From: Myxococcota bacterium
GTDB taxonomy: Bacteria; Myxococcota_A; UBA9160; UBA6930
Direction: 5' to 3'
NCBI GenBank assembly: GCA_965223705.1
Contig: OZ245015.1
Coordinates: 135,106 to 199,105, forward strand
DNA length: 64,000 nucleotides
Part shown: in pieces, positions 20,451 to 30,316 of the stretch
Layout: each line of letters starts with the position of its first letter
Numbering within the stretch: position 1 is the first letter of the stretch
Program-made: the position numbers and the translations under genes
Notes under the pieces: generated by a model
The model's database searches: none
What the model was told of the DNA's origin: nothing
Seen by the model: only the letters and a program-made list of their open reading frames with translations

Positions 20451-20870
20451 ATGTCCAAGACCATGGAAGCCAACGCCAAAGCCTTCTTCGAAGCGTGCGA
20501 GACGGGGAAAGGTTGGGAGAGCTGCAAGCTCTACTGCCATCCGGACGCCAGCTTTCGTGCTCAGTCCGAGCCGCTACTCGAGGTCAGGTCCCTCGAGGCT
20601 TATGCCGACTGGATGAAGGCGCTCGTGGGCTTCATGCCCGACGCCGGCTACGACCTCAAATCCTGGGCGGTCGACGCCGATCGCCAGAATGTTTCCGCCT
20701 ATGCGATCTTCTCCGGAACGCACACCGGAGAAGGGGGACCTTGCCCGCCCACGGGCAAAGAGACAAAGACCGACTACGTGTACGTCATGTTCTTCGAAGG
20801 CGACAAGATCAAGCACATGACGAAGATCTGGCACTCGGGCCTGGCGATGCAGGAGCTCGGCTGGGCCTAG
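20451..20870 (+). CDS. SnoaL-like/ester cyclase family protein
   Basis: GTHTG.GGP..PTGK, KI.HMTKIW; GGAGGGAG RBS. Confidence 0.8.
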   Translation: MSKTMEANAKAFFEACETGKGWESCKLYCHPDASFRAQSEPLLEVRSLEAYADWMKALVGFMPDAGYDLKSWAVDADRQNVSAYAIFSGTHTGEGGPCPPTGKETKTDYVYVMFFEGDKIKHMTKIWHSGLAMQELGWA

Positions 20871-20875
20871 GCAAG

Positions 20876-21715
20876 TCACTCGGCTTCGGGCGACGGGCGA
20901 GCAATTGGCGGCAATAGAATTTGCGCCTGCTGGCAATAAGCGATCTCCACGCCGCCGTCGCCCAAGAACACCGCGTCGCTCGTCGACCACCATTTCCCCT
21001 TGCGTTCAACATTGTCGATCCAATGGCCGGCGAGCGTGATGCTCTCCGGCGCACGCATCGCACGCAGGTGCTGAACGCGACCGGTGGTGTGGATACCGGC
21101 GGCGAATCGATACGAGTGTCGGATCAGCAACGTCATCTGTCCCGGCACCCACGAGGGATGGACCCAAGGCGTTGCTCCCTCGTGGTAACGAGGATGTTCG
21201 TCGCCGAGGCGCTCCGAAGCCCAAGCGCGCGCTTCGTCGGCGGATAGCGCGAGCGACATCGGCGGATAGTCGACGTCGACCGGTGCTTGTTCGGGCATCA
21301 GCAACGGCCGGTCCGTCGCAGGGGGAACAGGCTCGCGACGCACGGGCAACTGCCACTCATCATGCCAAGGGCCCTCGCCGAGACCAGCCCGCCCTTCAGT
21401 GGTGACCTTCCCTTGCTCATTGACCTGCGAAAAGGAGCACGCGGCGTCTCCGTCGCGGGTCGCCGTCGTCTCGAGCCGGTCACCGACGAACACGGGCCGT
21501 CGCAACACGAAATCGGCCCACCCTTTGTCGAGCCACCCCTCTCCCAACAAACCGATCAGGGACGCAGCCGCCCACCCGTACGAGGAGAACCCCGCCACGA
21601 TCGGTCGCTCGTAACCGTACGCGGCCGAGCCGCCGGGGGCGTGTACCGGGTTCGAGGCCTGGATGTCCGGCGGGTCTTCGATCGCCACCGCTTCAGTCTT
21701 AACGGCTTCGCTCAT
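20876..21715 (-). CDS. Hypothetical protein, double hotdog/MaoC-like
   Basis: N.VH....A...G...PIV.G and HP.W motifs. Confidence 0.6.
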   Translation of the reverse strand: MSEAVKTEAVAIEDPPDIQASNPVHAPGGSAAYGYERPIVAGFSSYGWAAASLIGLLGEGWLDKGWADFVLRRPVFVGDRLETTATRDGDAACSFSQVNEQGKVTTEGRAGLGEGPWHDEWQLPVRREPVPPATDRPLLMPEQAPVDVDYPPMSLALSADEARAWASERLGDEHPRYHEGATPWVHPSWVPGQMTLLIRHSYRFAAGIHTTGRVQHLRAMRAPESITLAGHWIDNVERKGKWWSTSDAVFLGDGGVEIAYCQQAQILLPPIARPSPEAE

Positions 21716-21785
21716 CGCACTAAGACGCGCACTCGAGTGCCGACATCGGCATGGACTACTCCTCTTTCGCCGCAGCGAGCCCCGA

Positions 21786-22103
21786 CTACGGGTCGGACGC
21801 CCTCTCGGGGCCCTCGTACGGTACAAGCTCCACGCGGGAATTGCCGTGCCAGATGATGAGTGCGAGCAGGACGTAGCTTGCAGCCGCATACGGGAACCAG
21901 CGGACCCCCTGGAAGTACATGGATACCGTGAAGAAGAGCGAAGCCGCAGCAATCAATAGCGCCCGCAACTGCCGCCTTTTCGTACCCGCATCGACCGTGA
22001 ATGACTTCCCACAACGCGGACACAGCCGGAAAGTCGCGAACATCGAAGGGTGAGGAAGTTTCCTCAGGACGACGGTTTCGCGGCAGTGAGGACAGCTAAG
22101 CAT
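21786..22103 (-). CDS. Hypothetical Zn-ribbon membrane protein
   Basis: CPHC...CPRC then two TM helices. Confidence 0.6.
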   Translation of the reverse strand: MLSCPHCRETVVLRKLPHPSMFATFRLCPRCGKSFTVDAGTKRRQLRALLIAAASLFFTVSMYFQGVRWFPYAAASYVLLALIIWHGNSRVELVPYEGPERASDP

Positions 22104-22116
22104 TTCCGACGATCAC

Positions 22117-23469
22117 CTAGCGGACATCCCGACGGTTCAAGAAGGCTTCCGTCTCGCGCACCACAACGCCGGCGAGAAGCAGCAAGCCCACGAGGTTCGG
22201 AAGCGCCATCAAGCCGTTCATGAGATCGGAAAAGGTCCAGACGAACTCCAGCGTGTCGATGGCGCCCCAGAACACCGCGCCGACGAACAGCACGCGGTAG
22301 GGGAGCACTGCGCGAGCACCGAACATGTACGCGATACTCCGGCCCCCGTAGTAGCCCCAACCGAGGATGGTCGAGAACGCGAACAAAGGCAGCGCGAGCG
22401 CGATGATCCCCTTCCCGAGTGCGTCGGGGAATGCGCTCGAGAACGCGAGTTGAGTCAGCGCCGCGCCGTTTTCTCCCTCGCTCCAGGCGCCGCTCGCGAT
22501 GATCGCCAAACCGGTGAAGGAGCACACGATGATGGTGTCGATGAACGTCTGGGTCATCGACACGAGGCCTTGACTTGCCGGCTCGTGCGTTTGCGCCGCC
22601 GCTGCCGCGATCCCGGCGGAACCCAGACCGGACTCGTTCGAGAAGATCCCACGCGCGACACCGAAGCGAATCGCTTGACTGAGCGCGGCACCGGTGAAGC
22701 CGCCGGTGGCTGCTGTCCCGGTGAAGGCGTCGCTAAAAACGAGCGCAAACGCCGCTGGAATCGCTTCGGCGTGCGCTGCCAACACGACCGTACACGCCAG
22801 CAAGTAGAACGCGATCATGGCCGGCACGAGGAAGCTGCTGACCTTTCCGATCGATCGAATCCCTCCGAACAGTACAGCCGCTAGCGCGACGACCAACGAG
22901 AGCCCGGAGACCGCAGGCGGTACGGAGAAGGCGTTCTCGAGCGCCGCTGAGACCGAGTTGGCTTGCACCATATTGCCGATACCGAACGCCGCGACCGCGG
23001 TGAAGAGCGCGTAGCAAACGGCGAGAGACTTCCCCAGAAAGCGCCAACGCAGACCTCGCTCGAGGAAGTACATCGGGCCGCCCGCTTGATCGCCGCGTTC
23101 ATCGACGATGCGGTATTTGACGGACAACACCGCCTCGCTGTACTTCGTCGCCATCCCGACGAGTCCCGTAACCCACATCCAGAACAGCGCTCCCGGGCCT
23201 CCCAACGCGATCGCGGTGGCGACCCCCACGATGTTGCCCGTGCCCACCGTGGCTGCGAGCGCCGTCATCAGCGATTGGAAGTGGCTGACGTCGCCCTCGG
23301 CGCCGGGCTCGCGGCGCGTGATCAAAGCGAGATAGAGCGCCGGACCGAGTTGCGTGAACTGCAAACCGCGGAGCCGTACGGTGAGAACGACGCCCGTCGC
23401 GAGAAGCAAGGGAATGAGAAGCCACGGCCCCCAGACGAAACCGGCAGCGGTCTTCAGAAGCTCTGTCAT
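22117..23469 (-). CDS. Sodium:alanine/glycine symporter (AGCS family)
   Basis: [36 protein letters not shown]. Confidence 0.95.
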   Translation of the reverse strand: MTELLKTAAGFVWGPWLLIPLLLATGVVLTVRLRGLQFTQLGPALYLALITRREPGAEGDVSHFQSLMTALAATVGTGNIVGVATAIALGGPGALFWMWVTGLVGMATKYSEAVLSVKYRIVDERGDQAGGPMYFLERGLRWRFLGKSLAVCYALFTAVAAFGIGNMVQANSVSAALENAFSVPPAVSGLSLVVALAAVLFGGIRSIGKVSSFLVPAMIAFYLLACTVVLAAHAEAIPAAFALVFSDAFTGTAATGGFTGAALSQAIRFGVARGIFSNESGLGSAGIAAAAAQTHEPASQGLVSMTQTFIDTIIVCSFTGLAIIASGAWSEGENGAALTQLAFSSAFPDALGKGIIALALPLFAFSTILGWGYYGGRSIAYMFGARAVLPYRVLFVGAVFWGAIDTLEFVWTFSDLMNGLMALPNLVGLLLLAGVVVRETEAFLNRRDVR

Positions 23470-23543
23470 GTGGGCCCTCCGCCGGGACGGGATCGAAAGC
23501 CTAACGAATGAGCCGCGATCGCTCGGCGAAAGACGGCCACGCG

Positions 23544-24017
23544 CTAGACGCCGACCTCGGACTCGCGAATGGGTGCGCAGCGCGAAGCCAGGGGCTCGAG
23601 CTTCTCACGGAATACCTTCCGTCGGGGGATGCGCGCAATCGCGACGAGGTGTGAACCGCACCGGCAATCCGAGGCTCCGAAGCCGGGAACCTCTTGCGCC
23701 CCAGGGAGCGAGCGTGCGGCTGACGCCCACGCACACTCGAGCCGGCGAGCGTCGGAGGTCGACCAGATGCGGACGAGGGCAGCTGCAAGCCGCAAGTGGT
23801 CGACGTGCCAGTGTGGCCGCCGCAACGGACGGAGGTGATGTCGCAGACGCGCGCGCAAGCCGCCCGGCCCGAAGGCGCTCCCTGTATAGAGATAAGTCGA
23901 AGCCGGAAAGTGGAGGGAGCCGAGGCGCCCGACCCTGACCACTCGGTCGAGCGGAAGCTCCAAGAAGAGAGCGTAGGTTCCCGTGCTCTCGGCGACCCGC
24001 CGAAGGTCGACACCCAG
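23544..24017 (-). CDS. DUF123 GIY-YIG-like protein (start uncertain)
   Basis: GTY.L, Y.Y.GSA.G.GGL..R..HH, HWH.D.L, FGASDC.C.SHL. Confidence 0.75.
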   Translation of the reverse strand: MGVDLRRVAESTGTYALFLELPLDRVVRVGRLGSLHFPASTYLYTGSAFGPGGLRARLRHHLRPLRRPHWHVDHLRLAAALVRIWSTSDARRLECAWASAARSLPGAQEVPGFGASDCRCGSHLVAIARIPRRKVFREKLEPLASRCAPIRESEVGV

Positions 24018-24019
24018 AT

Positions 24020-24856
24020 CTAGAGCCTCTCCGCGTGCCAACGCAGGTGATCTTCGATGAACGAAGCGATGAAGTAGTAACTGTGGTCGTGGTCTGGCTG
24101 GCGCCGGAGCTCGAGGGGAACGGCGGCGGCTTTGCACGCGCCCTCGAGGCGTTCGGGCATGAGCTGCTCCACCAAAAAGCCGTCCTCGAGACCCTGGTCG
24201 ACGAAGATCGCGGGCACCCGGGCTCCGTCCTCGAGAAGCGCGCACGCATCGTACGCGCGCCACGTCGCGCGGTCGGGGCCCAAATAGTGACCCAAAGCCT
24301 TCTGGCCCCACGGACAGTGGAGCGGCGCGCAGATCGGCGCGAACGCCGAGACCGAGCGAAAGCGATCGGGGTTGCGCAACGCGATCGTCAAGGCGCCGTG
24401 CCCACCCATGGAGTGTCCGCTGATCCCGATGCGCGAGTCATCGACGGGCAATTCGGCTACGACGAGTTCCCGAAGTTCTCGCTCGATGTAGCTGCGCATT
24501 TGATAGTGACGCGACCACGGCGACTCGGTCGCGTCCACGTAGAAACCCGCGCCGAGGCCGAAGTCCCAAGCTCCGTCCGGATCGTCGGGCACCCCCTCAC
24601 CCCGCGGTGACGTGTCGGGCGCGAGGATCACCACGCCGAGTTCGCTCGCGACGCGTTGCGCGCCCGCCTTCGCGGTGAAGTTTTCCTCGGTGCAAGTGAG
24701 ACCCGAGAGCCAGAGCAACGTTGGCGCCGGGCCTTCGACGCTGTCGGGAACGTAGGCGGCAAATCGCATCCGACAGCCGAGCGTCTTGGAGTCGTGGGAG
24801 TAGGTGTACTGCGTGCCGGCGAAGCAGCGGTTCGCTGACTCGATGGTGATGGACAT
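24020..24856 (-). CDS. fghA: S-formylglutathione hydrolase
   Basis: WLSGLTC...NF..KAG, DTSPRG, GHSMGGHGAL, DHSYYFI. Confidence 0.95.
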   Translation of the reverse strand: MSITIESANRCFAGTQYTYSHDSKTLGCRMRFAAYVPDSVEGPAPTLLWLSGLTCTEENFTAKAGAQRVASELGVVILAPDTSPRGEGVPDDPDGAWDFGLGAGFYVDATESPWSRHYQMRSYIERELRELVVAELPVDDSRIGISGHSMGGHGALTIALRNPDRFRSVSAFAPICAPLHCPWGQKALGHYLGPDRATWRAYDACALLEDGARVPAIFVDQGLEDGFLVEQLMPERLEGACKAAAVPLELRRQPDHDHSYYFIASFIEDHLRWHAERL

Positions 24857-24873
24857 TGTTGAGGGACGGCGCT

Positions 24874-25122
24874 TCACTTGGGGATCAGGTGACATTCGGT
24901 ACGTACGTCGTCTCCGGTCTCGGCCCCCGCGGCCAGACCCGTTTGTCCGAACTCCTGCCCGAGATAGAGAGTTCCCGCTTGGCCCGGACCGGGAGCCCAT
25001 CCCGTTTTGATCTCCGAAATAGAATCGAACAAGACATCGGTCACCGGGACCGAAGGCATTTGTGACTGCGCGGCCCCGGAGAAGAAGAGACTCAACACCG
25101 ACACGACAACAACACGCTTCAC
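24874..25122 (-). CDS. Short secreted hypothetical protein, possibly truncated
   Basis: Signal-peptide-like N-terminus after a GGGGGAA RBS. Confidence 0.35.
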   Translation of the reverse strand: MKRVVVVSVLSLFFSGAAQSQMPSVPVTDVLFDSISEIKTGWAPGPGQAGTLYLGQEFGQTGLAAGAETGDDVRTECHLIPK

Positions 25123-25233
25123 TACACATTCCCCCCATAAACGGCCGCGGTGGCTCGCCGAGGCCCAGGATGTGGCCGCCAGGATACCACCAAGCGATTT
25201 GAAAGCGGGCGAGCGCATGAGCTTTAGCCCTTG

Positions 25234-25491
25234 TTACGCGGAGGATCTGCGTAGCTCTGCCCGAACTCCGAGTTCGACGAGGCGCTTCTCGATAGGAGCG
25301 AGATCGAGCTCCGCGCCGCGCCGGACAACGCCAGGCAAGGCCTCTGCAAACGCCTCGTACTCGAAGCGTTTGATGCGAAGGAGCTTGCGAACGGCTTCAA
25401 GAAGCTCGGGCGCGGGAAGCTCGAGCACCACGAGCTCCCACGACTGCTGTGCCCTCTCGCGTTGTGCTCGTTGTTCACGCGTTTCTGACAA
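25234..25491 (-). CDS. Hypothetical protein
   Basis: Protein-like ORF. Confidence 0.5.
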   Translation of the reverse strand: MSETREQRAQRERAQQSWELVVLELPAPELLEAVRKLLRIKRFEYEAFAEALPGVVRRGAELDLAPIEKRLVELGVRAELRRSSA

Positions 25492-25532
25492 CGACGATCT
25501 CCGGTGAATCGGCTACCCCGGGGCAGGGCCGC

Positions 25533-26264
25533 CTACGGCTCCGGGTGTGCGAAGCGTCCATGCTTGAGGAACTCGAGAACTTGAAAACCGGCGACCTTCG
25601 ATCGCATGATGAAGGTGTGCGAAGCGGAGATCGCAATAAAGTCGGTCATCCCGGGCAGCTTGGTGCTCTGCACGGACACAGTTCCATCGTTTTCTCCCGG
25701 AACGAAGAGTGATCCCAAGGGATTGATGCTCCTGGTACCCGCGATGACACCGAGTTCGAAGTTCGGTGGGGGCAGCCGATTCGGAAGGCTTTGCTCTTCG
25801 GTGCCGAGCTGACTCGCGGTGGGGCCGAGTGCCCATCGGAAGGCTGCGGAGTCGAGGAGGTCGACCAGTTCGCTGCCGTGGTTAGGCGGCGCCAGCATGA
25901 CCACGCGTCCGAGCGTTTGCACCTCGTGCGTAGCGACGTAAGCGCGGACCAAGATCCCTCCGAGCGAGTGCGTCACAAAGTGAAGACGCGGTGCGGCTTC
26001 GCAACACTCGAGCACTCGTTTGTGGAGGTAACCCCCGAGCTCACCGGGGCCGAGATCGGTCGACGGGTAAGAGACGTTGTGAACCGCATAGCCAGCTTCG
26101 GACAACATGGAAGCCAGTGGACGCATCGCGCGGCTCGACCGCCCGAGGCCGTGGAGAAGCACCACCGATTCGGCGCGCGCCTCGGCATCGGAAGCCTGAG
26201 CCTTTGCGCCCAGCACACACGAGATGGCCAAGAACATCCCGAAGATGGAGACGGCTCGTCGCAA
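25533..26264 (-). CDS. Secreted alpha/beta hydrolase (lipase/esterase-like)
   Basis: VVLLHGL, THSLGG, APPNHGS, NDG.V, HTF. Confidence 0.85.
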   Translation of the reverse strand: MRRAVSIFGMFLAISCVLGAKAQASDAEARAESVVLLHGLGRSSRAMRPLASMLSEAGYAVHNVSYPSTDLGPGELGGYLHKRVLECCEAAPRLHFVTHSLGGILVRAYVATHEVQTLGRVVMLAPPNHGSELVDLLDSAAFRWALGPTASQLGTEEQSLPNRLPPPNFELGVIAGTRSINPLGSLFVPGENDGTVSVQSTKLPGMTDFIAISASHTFIMRSKVAGFQVLEFLKHGRFAHPEP

Positions 26265-26329
26265 ACCGCTACGGATCCTGCAGGTTCGAGTCGCCCACTG
26301 TATCGCGCGAGATCGACGCCGAAGGCACG

Positions 26330-26698
26330 CTAAACCCGAGGGTCATCGTCATTCGAATGCTCGGTGTCTGCGGGCGAGAGATACATCTCTTTGGTTCTTA
26401 AGAGAATATGGTGGCGGTGCCAGAGCCCTTGCGGCACGACGAGGCAGGAGCCTCCCTCGAGTCTGACTCGATCAGATGGCTGCCCCAGAGCACTGGGCAG
26501 GATCTCGATTTCTACACACCCCTCGATGACGTGTAGTAACTCCTCCGAGTTTGGATGCATCTCCCAGGGACCGGGACCGCCAGCCTCAGACCAGAAGACT
26601 CCAATGTGTCCGGTGCCGAAAGAAGCTTGGGTCGCAAACTCCAGCTCGGGAAGTTTGGACACTTCCTTGTCGGGATTGAACACTTGGTATTGGGTCAT
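26330..26698 (-). CDS. Cupin domain protein
   Basis: WEMHP..EE, VVP.G.WH. Confidence 0.85.
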   Translation of the reverse strand: MTQYQVFNPDKEVSKLPELEFATQASFGTGHIGVFWSEAGGPGPWEMHPNSEELLHVIEGCVEIEILPSALGQPSDRVRLEGGSCLVVPQGLWHRHHILLRTKEMYLSPADTEHSNDDDPRV

Positions 26699-26719
26699 TG
26701 CGCGATCCACTGAACCATA

Positions 26720-26768
26720 GGTTAGGCGGAACCACGTCCATCGAGAAAGGCGGGTCCACTGCAGCCGC
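26720..26768 (-). repeat. Degenerate attC relic
   Basis: 22-nt AAGGCGGGTCCACTGCAGCCGC (26747-26768) identical to the attC arm; core sites lost. Confidence 0.7.
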
Positions 26769-26779
26769 CGGACATAGCC

Positions 26780-27187
26780 CTATCGGGTGTCCGGTGAGCG
26801 CGATACCGGCGCGGGACGCGCCCAAAGCAGAGCGACCGCGGGGATGCCGAATAGCAAAAGCTGCCAAAGACCTGGACCCCACCCACCGCCGGACGGGCTG
26901 GTGAGATTCCAGATGAGGTGGCTGACCGCCACGTAGAAAGCGTAGACGGACGCCCAGGGCCAGACCCAGGGGCGAACGGACCAGAACGCCCACGCCGCGG
27001 CGGCGAAGATCGCCCAGTGAAGAGGCGCGGTGAGCCGCGCGAGTGCTCCGCGAAGCTCGAACCCGAACCACACTTCCGTGTCGCGCACATGGGGGACGAA
27101 CACATCTCGAGCGATGAGGAAGATGAGGGTGACGGTGCAGAAAGCGGAAAGAACCGTCGCCCACCAAGGTCTCTCTACAGCATCCAC
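26780..27187 (-). CDS. Membrane protein (probable former cassette)
   Basis: Four TM segments; followed by the attC relic. Confidence 0.7.
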   Translation of the reverse strand: MDAVERPWWATVLSAFCTVTLIFLIARDVFVPHVRDTEVWFGFELRGALARLTAPLHWAIFAAAAWAFWSVRPWVWPWASVYAFYVAVSHLIWNLTSPSGGGWGPGLWQLLLFGIPAVALLWARPAPVSRSPDTR

Positions 27188-27275
27188 GCCCGACTACCAA
27201 CTTGTGCGAGCCATCCGTTTCGCAAGTAGAGGTCGTCTCCATCTCGTCCTCCGCACACGCAAATAGCGGCCCGGC

Positions 27276-27773
27276 CTAGCGCGTAGGACGATAGAGAACT
27301 GCGAAGCTGAAGCCGAACGCAGCGACGATCAGCGCAAGAAGCAAACCCAAGACAAAAAATCCCGATCCCGAGGGCATGGGCCAACCGACTGCATTCGAGA
27401 GTTGCAAGGCGATGTTAAGCAACGTCAGAGCAAACACGGTGTGTAACGCCGTGCGGGGCGGGCGAGCGCCCTGACCACGCGACACTTTTTGCACCCGCAA
27501 GAGGAAGAAGACGAAAAAGGCAAGGACCGCCGCGAACAGAACGACGCTGGAATACCGCCAACTCGTGGAGCCCTCAACCCCGAACTGTAACAGCAGCGAC
27601 GGTACGAACGCGATCGTCGCAGTGCCCACCCCGAGAAACAGGACACCTGCGAATCGCCAGCGATCGATTGCTACCAGTCCATCGCGTTGAGAGAACGCGA
27701 CAACAACACCGGCGAAGCCAGCCAAGGTCAGAGCCAATTCGGCGATCGTTAGGACTGCGCTCGCTGCGTCCAT
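27276..27773 (-). CDS. Membrane protein (probable former cassette)
   Basis: Multi-TM ORF with IAE.A..LAGF motif; start lies 17 nt from a GTTAAGC core. Confidence 0.7.
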   Translation of the reverse strand: MDAASAVLTIAELALTLAGFAGVVVAFSQRDGLVAIDRWRFAGVLFLGVGTATIAFVPSLLLQFGVEGSTSWRYSSVVLFAAVLAFFVFFLLRVQKVSRGQGARPPRTALHTVFALTLLNIALQLSNAVGWPMPSGSGFFVLGLLLALIVAAFGFSFAVLYRPTR

Positions 27774-27789
27774 CTCTAGTCGACCGTCC

Positions 27790-27821
27790 GCTTAACATCG
27801 AAACTCGGCGCCGGGTTGGGC
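27790..27821 (-). repeat. Truncated attC-like site (both cores, centre deleted)
   Basis: Minus strand GCCCAAC-N18-GTTAAGC between two genes. Confidence 0.45.
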
Positions 27822-27841
27822 GTCATTGCCTTCAACTCTAC

Positions 27842-28099
27842 TCAACGAATCGACGTAGGCAATAAAATCCAGATGGTAGACGTTGTGTTTGTGATCCTCC
27901 CAGAACCGTTGGTAGCCTCGAGCGCGCCAAGGCGGCCCTGTTCGACCGCCATAAGGCCAGCGGTCACTGTCCCAATTACCAACGCCACCCAAAGCGACAC
28001 GCCCCAGGGATTTTGCGACTCAAACACCGCGAAGAAACCCAGTGCCGTCGCTGCAATTTCCGCGACGAGTCCAAGTTGATCGAGAGCCGCTTCCGACAT
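27842..28099 (-). pseudogene. Short or decayed membrane-protein gene
   Basis: MSEAALDQLGLVAEIAATALGF resembles the N-terminus of the neighbouring 27276-27773 protein. Confidence 0.35.
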
Positions 28100-28106
28100 T
28101 CCACAC

Positions 28107-28228
28107 TCCGCCGACATCGCTGGTAAGCCGATGAGTACAAGCCACGTACTCATCGTCCCTTCAACGCGGAGTTTATCCAGGCCCCTGCGTTGGAATCGAT
28201 GTCTCGAGCCACACCCTCGATTGGACCC
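28107..28228 (+). mobile_element. Relic: attC fragment + diverged IS110 left-end hairpin + recombinase 5' fragment
   Basis: TCCGCCGACATCGCTGGTAAG (attC centre), then GCCGATGAGTACAAGCCACGTACTCATCG, then GTTTATCC...TTGGAATCGATGTCTCGA..CACACCCTCGA, homologous to the intact IS. Confidence 0.8.
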
Positions 28229-28520
28229 GTAATCCCGAGGCAGCTCTGAAGGTGCCTCTGCGTCGAAAAGACGGAACGCTGTCTTTGCATCCTGCTCGTG
28301 AAATATTCCTACATGATGCCTTCGGCTTGGCGGTCGGCGTGTTGGCGATAGTTGGCCCCGCCTGCGCTGTAGGCGAAGATAACGGGCTGGTCTCTCCATA
28401 GGCAGACGCACTGGACCTGCCGGATCAATGATGTCGTCTGAATCACTCGCGAGCGGCATGACTGGCGCTGCGAAGACTCGGTCGAGGCTCGCGCGTGCTG
28501 TTTGATCAACGGGAAGCCTC

Positions 28521-29141
28521 CTATGGCGCCCTCTGAGCAACGATGAATCGGACCGGGTGCGGACAGAAGGCGGTCTCAAGGATCACGAAGTCAGCACTCG
28601 TGATGTGGTCTTCGATCTCTGTCGCCTTTAGATAATCGAGAGGGGGCGCAAGTCCGAACAGCTTCATCACCGAGATACCGATGGGCACGAGGCGGTTCAT
28701 TTCTCCGACACAGGGTGTCTTCGAGATGAAGAATCCCCCGGGCTTGAGGCGCTCTCGAATCTCGAACAGGCCGCCCGGGATGTCCCCGACCACGTGCAAG
28801 CTGTTGAAGGCTGTGATGACGTCGAAGGGCCCGCGGTCCAAGCCCGCGTCAAATAGCGTTGCCTGCTCGAAGTGGACGTTGTCGACGTTCTCGGCTGACG
28901 CCTTCTCGACGCCGATCTCGACCATGCGAGACGAAATGTCGGTGGCGGTGATCTGTTCAACGCTGGATGCGAGCAGGAGCGCAGTCGTCCCGGTTCCACA
29001 GCCGATCTCCAGAACGTGATCGCCCGCGGACAGGTACTTTCGGGTTCGGTCCAGGCCCTGGTCGTAGCTCGCCTGATCCTTGATCGGCTTCTTCGAGTAG
29101 GCGTCGGCGTGGCGGTCCCAGAAGCGTGCGGCTTTGGTCAT
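28521..29141 (-). CDS. Class I SAM-dependent methyltransferase (distal cassette without an intact attC)
   Basis: FWD..A..Y, LEIGCGTG, LKPGG.FISKT.C. Confidence 0.9.
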   Translation of the reverse strand: MTKAARFWDRHADAYSKKPIKDQASYDQGLDRTRKYLSAGDHVLEIGCGTGTTALLLASSVEQITATDISSRMVEIGVEKASAENVDNVHFEQATLFDAGLDRGPFDVITAFNSLHVVGDIPGGLFEIRERLKPGGFFISKTPCVGEMNRLVPIGISVMKLFGLAPPLDYLKATEIEDHITSADFVILETAFCPHPVRFIVAQRAP

Positions 29142-29231
29142 GCGACTTTCTCCTGCGCGCTCATACGGGTACTCGTTGGGTGCCACCCATTCGCTCCTTC
29201 ACAGTCCGCAAACGCCCGGCGACGACGGGTC

Positions 29232-29361
29232 CGCCAACGGAGTTGCGGCTCAGTGGGTCCGCCGACCTGAGGGCGAGATTCTGCCGATACCGCTGGTTAA
29301 GGCACAAGACTAACGAACTAGAGAAGAGCAAAGGCGGGTCCGCTGTAGCCGCTGGTTAGAC
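29232..29361 (-). repeat. attC 1
   Basis: CCAAC...GTTAGAC imperfect palindrome, family sequence. Confidence 0.9.
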
Positions 29362-29898
29362 GGCAAGCTCCAACTCGCCGCCCGCTATCACCTCGGGCGT
29401 CGTCGCGTCTCCGGGTCCAAACTCGAGGGCGCCAGAAGCCAGGTACAAGACAACATTGCCTGGCGAGTAGAGGTGCCAGATTGGATCGCCCGGCCCAAAG
29501 TCGGCATACCTCTGCGTTTAAACCACAAAGCCGAATTCAAACTTGAATATGAATTCACCCCGTGTCGGGGAAGCTCCGACCGTCTCGAGCTTTGCACCAT
29601 CGAGTCTAGATAAGGCCCGGGATATGGTCTCGTTGTCCGATTCAGAGTGCGCGAGTTCCGTAGATTGCTCGCGAAGCGACCAATCACATTGCTCAATCCA
29701 CAGATGGTGATCACCGCGAACTGTGACCAAACGCCTGCGCAGGTACTCGCGACGAGAGTCGGGAACAGGTTCGCGAATTTCTAGATGAGGCTGCCCGGAG
29801 TCGAATGTGATGAAGGAGCTGTAACCCCGTTGCGCGTTCCAGCAAGGGAGCCCAGATAAGCTGCCGAAACTCGCGCTCAGGAGGTCCCTGGCATCCAA
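29356..29898 (-). pseudogene. Cassette gene with an internal TAA (29518-29520)
   Basis: Frame continues after FVV* to a TAA inside the attC R'' core. Confidence 0.65.
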
Positions 29899-29916
29899 AG
29901 TACGCCCTTGCCTGCC

Positions 29917-30052
29917 GTCTAACGGAGATGGCGCTCAGCTGCGAGCCACAGTGCCTCCGTGGTTCGAGCAAAGCACCAGAGTTACAATGCCAGAGCGTAA
30001 AAGAACCCGGTTTGACAAGCTGTGGCTCCTCAGCTGCAGCGCCTTGTTAGAC
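29917..30052 (-). repeat. attC 2 (divergent type, belongs to the TA cassette)
   Basis: GTCTAAC..GGCGCT-CAGCTG / CAGCTG-C-AGCGCC..GTTAGAC. Confidence 0.85.
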
Positions 30053-30079
30053 GGTGTGCTCCCGGGGTCAGAAGGAACG

Positions 30080-30316
30080 ATGGGCAAAGCGGGACAGAAG
30101 GTGCTGGACGAAGCGCTGCAACTCGAACTCTCAGAACGAGCGGAGCTTGCGGCGGAACTGCTCGCAAGCCTCGACGGCGAACCGGACGAGGAGGCCGAGG
30201 CGGCTTGGGCTGACGAAATCAAGCGCCGGCTCACCCGCGCTCGATCTGGCGCAGATGAGGGAAGGCCCTGGCCAGCCGTTCGAGATGCGGTCAAGGACGC
30301 ATTGAACAACAGGTGA
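30080..30316 (+). CDS. Putative addiction-module antitoxin (inverted cassette)
   Basis: AL.L...ERAELA..LL.SL, AW..EI.RR; GAAGGA RBS. Confidence 0.85.
   Translation: MGKAGQKVLDEALQLELSERAELAAELLASLDGEPDEEAEAAWADEIKRRLTRARSGADEGRPWPAVRDAVKDALNNR

Noticed and set aside
26281-26298. tRNA-like GGTTCGAGTC motif
   Set aside because: No T-stem pairing or cloverleaf around it
27842-28579. 245-aa ORF as a single gene
   Set aside because: It crosses the IS/attC relic and unrelated fragments; a chimeric open frame
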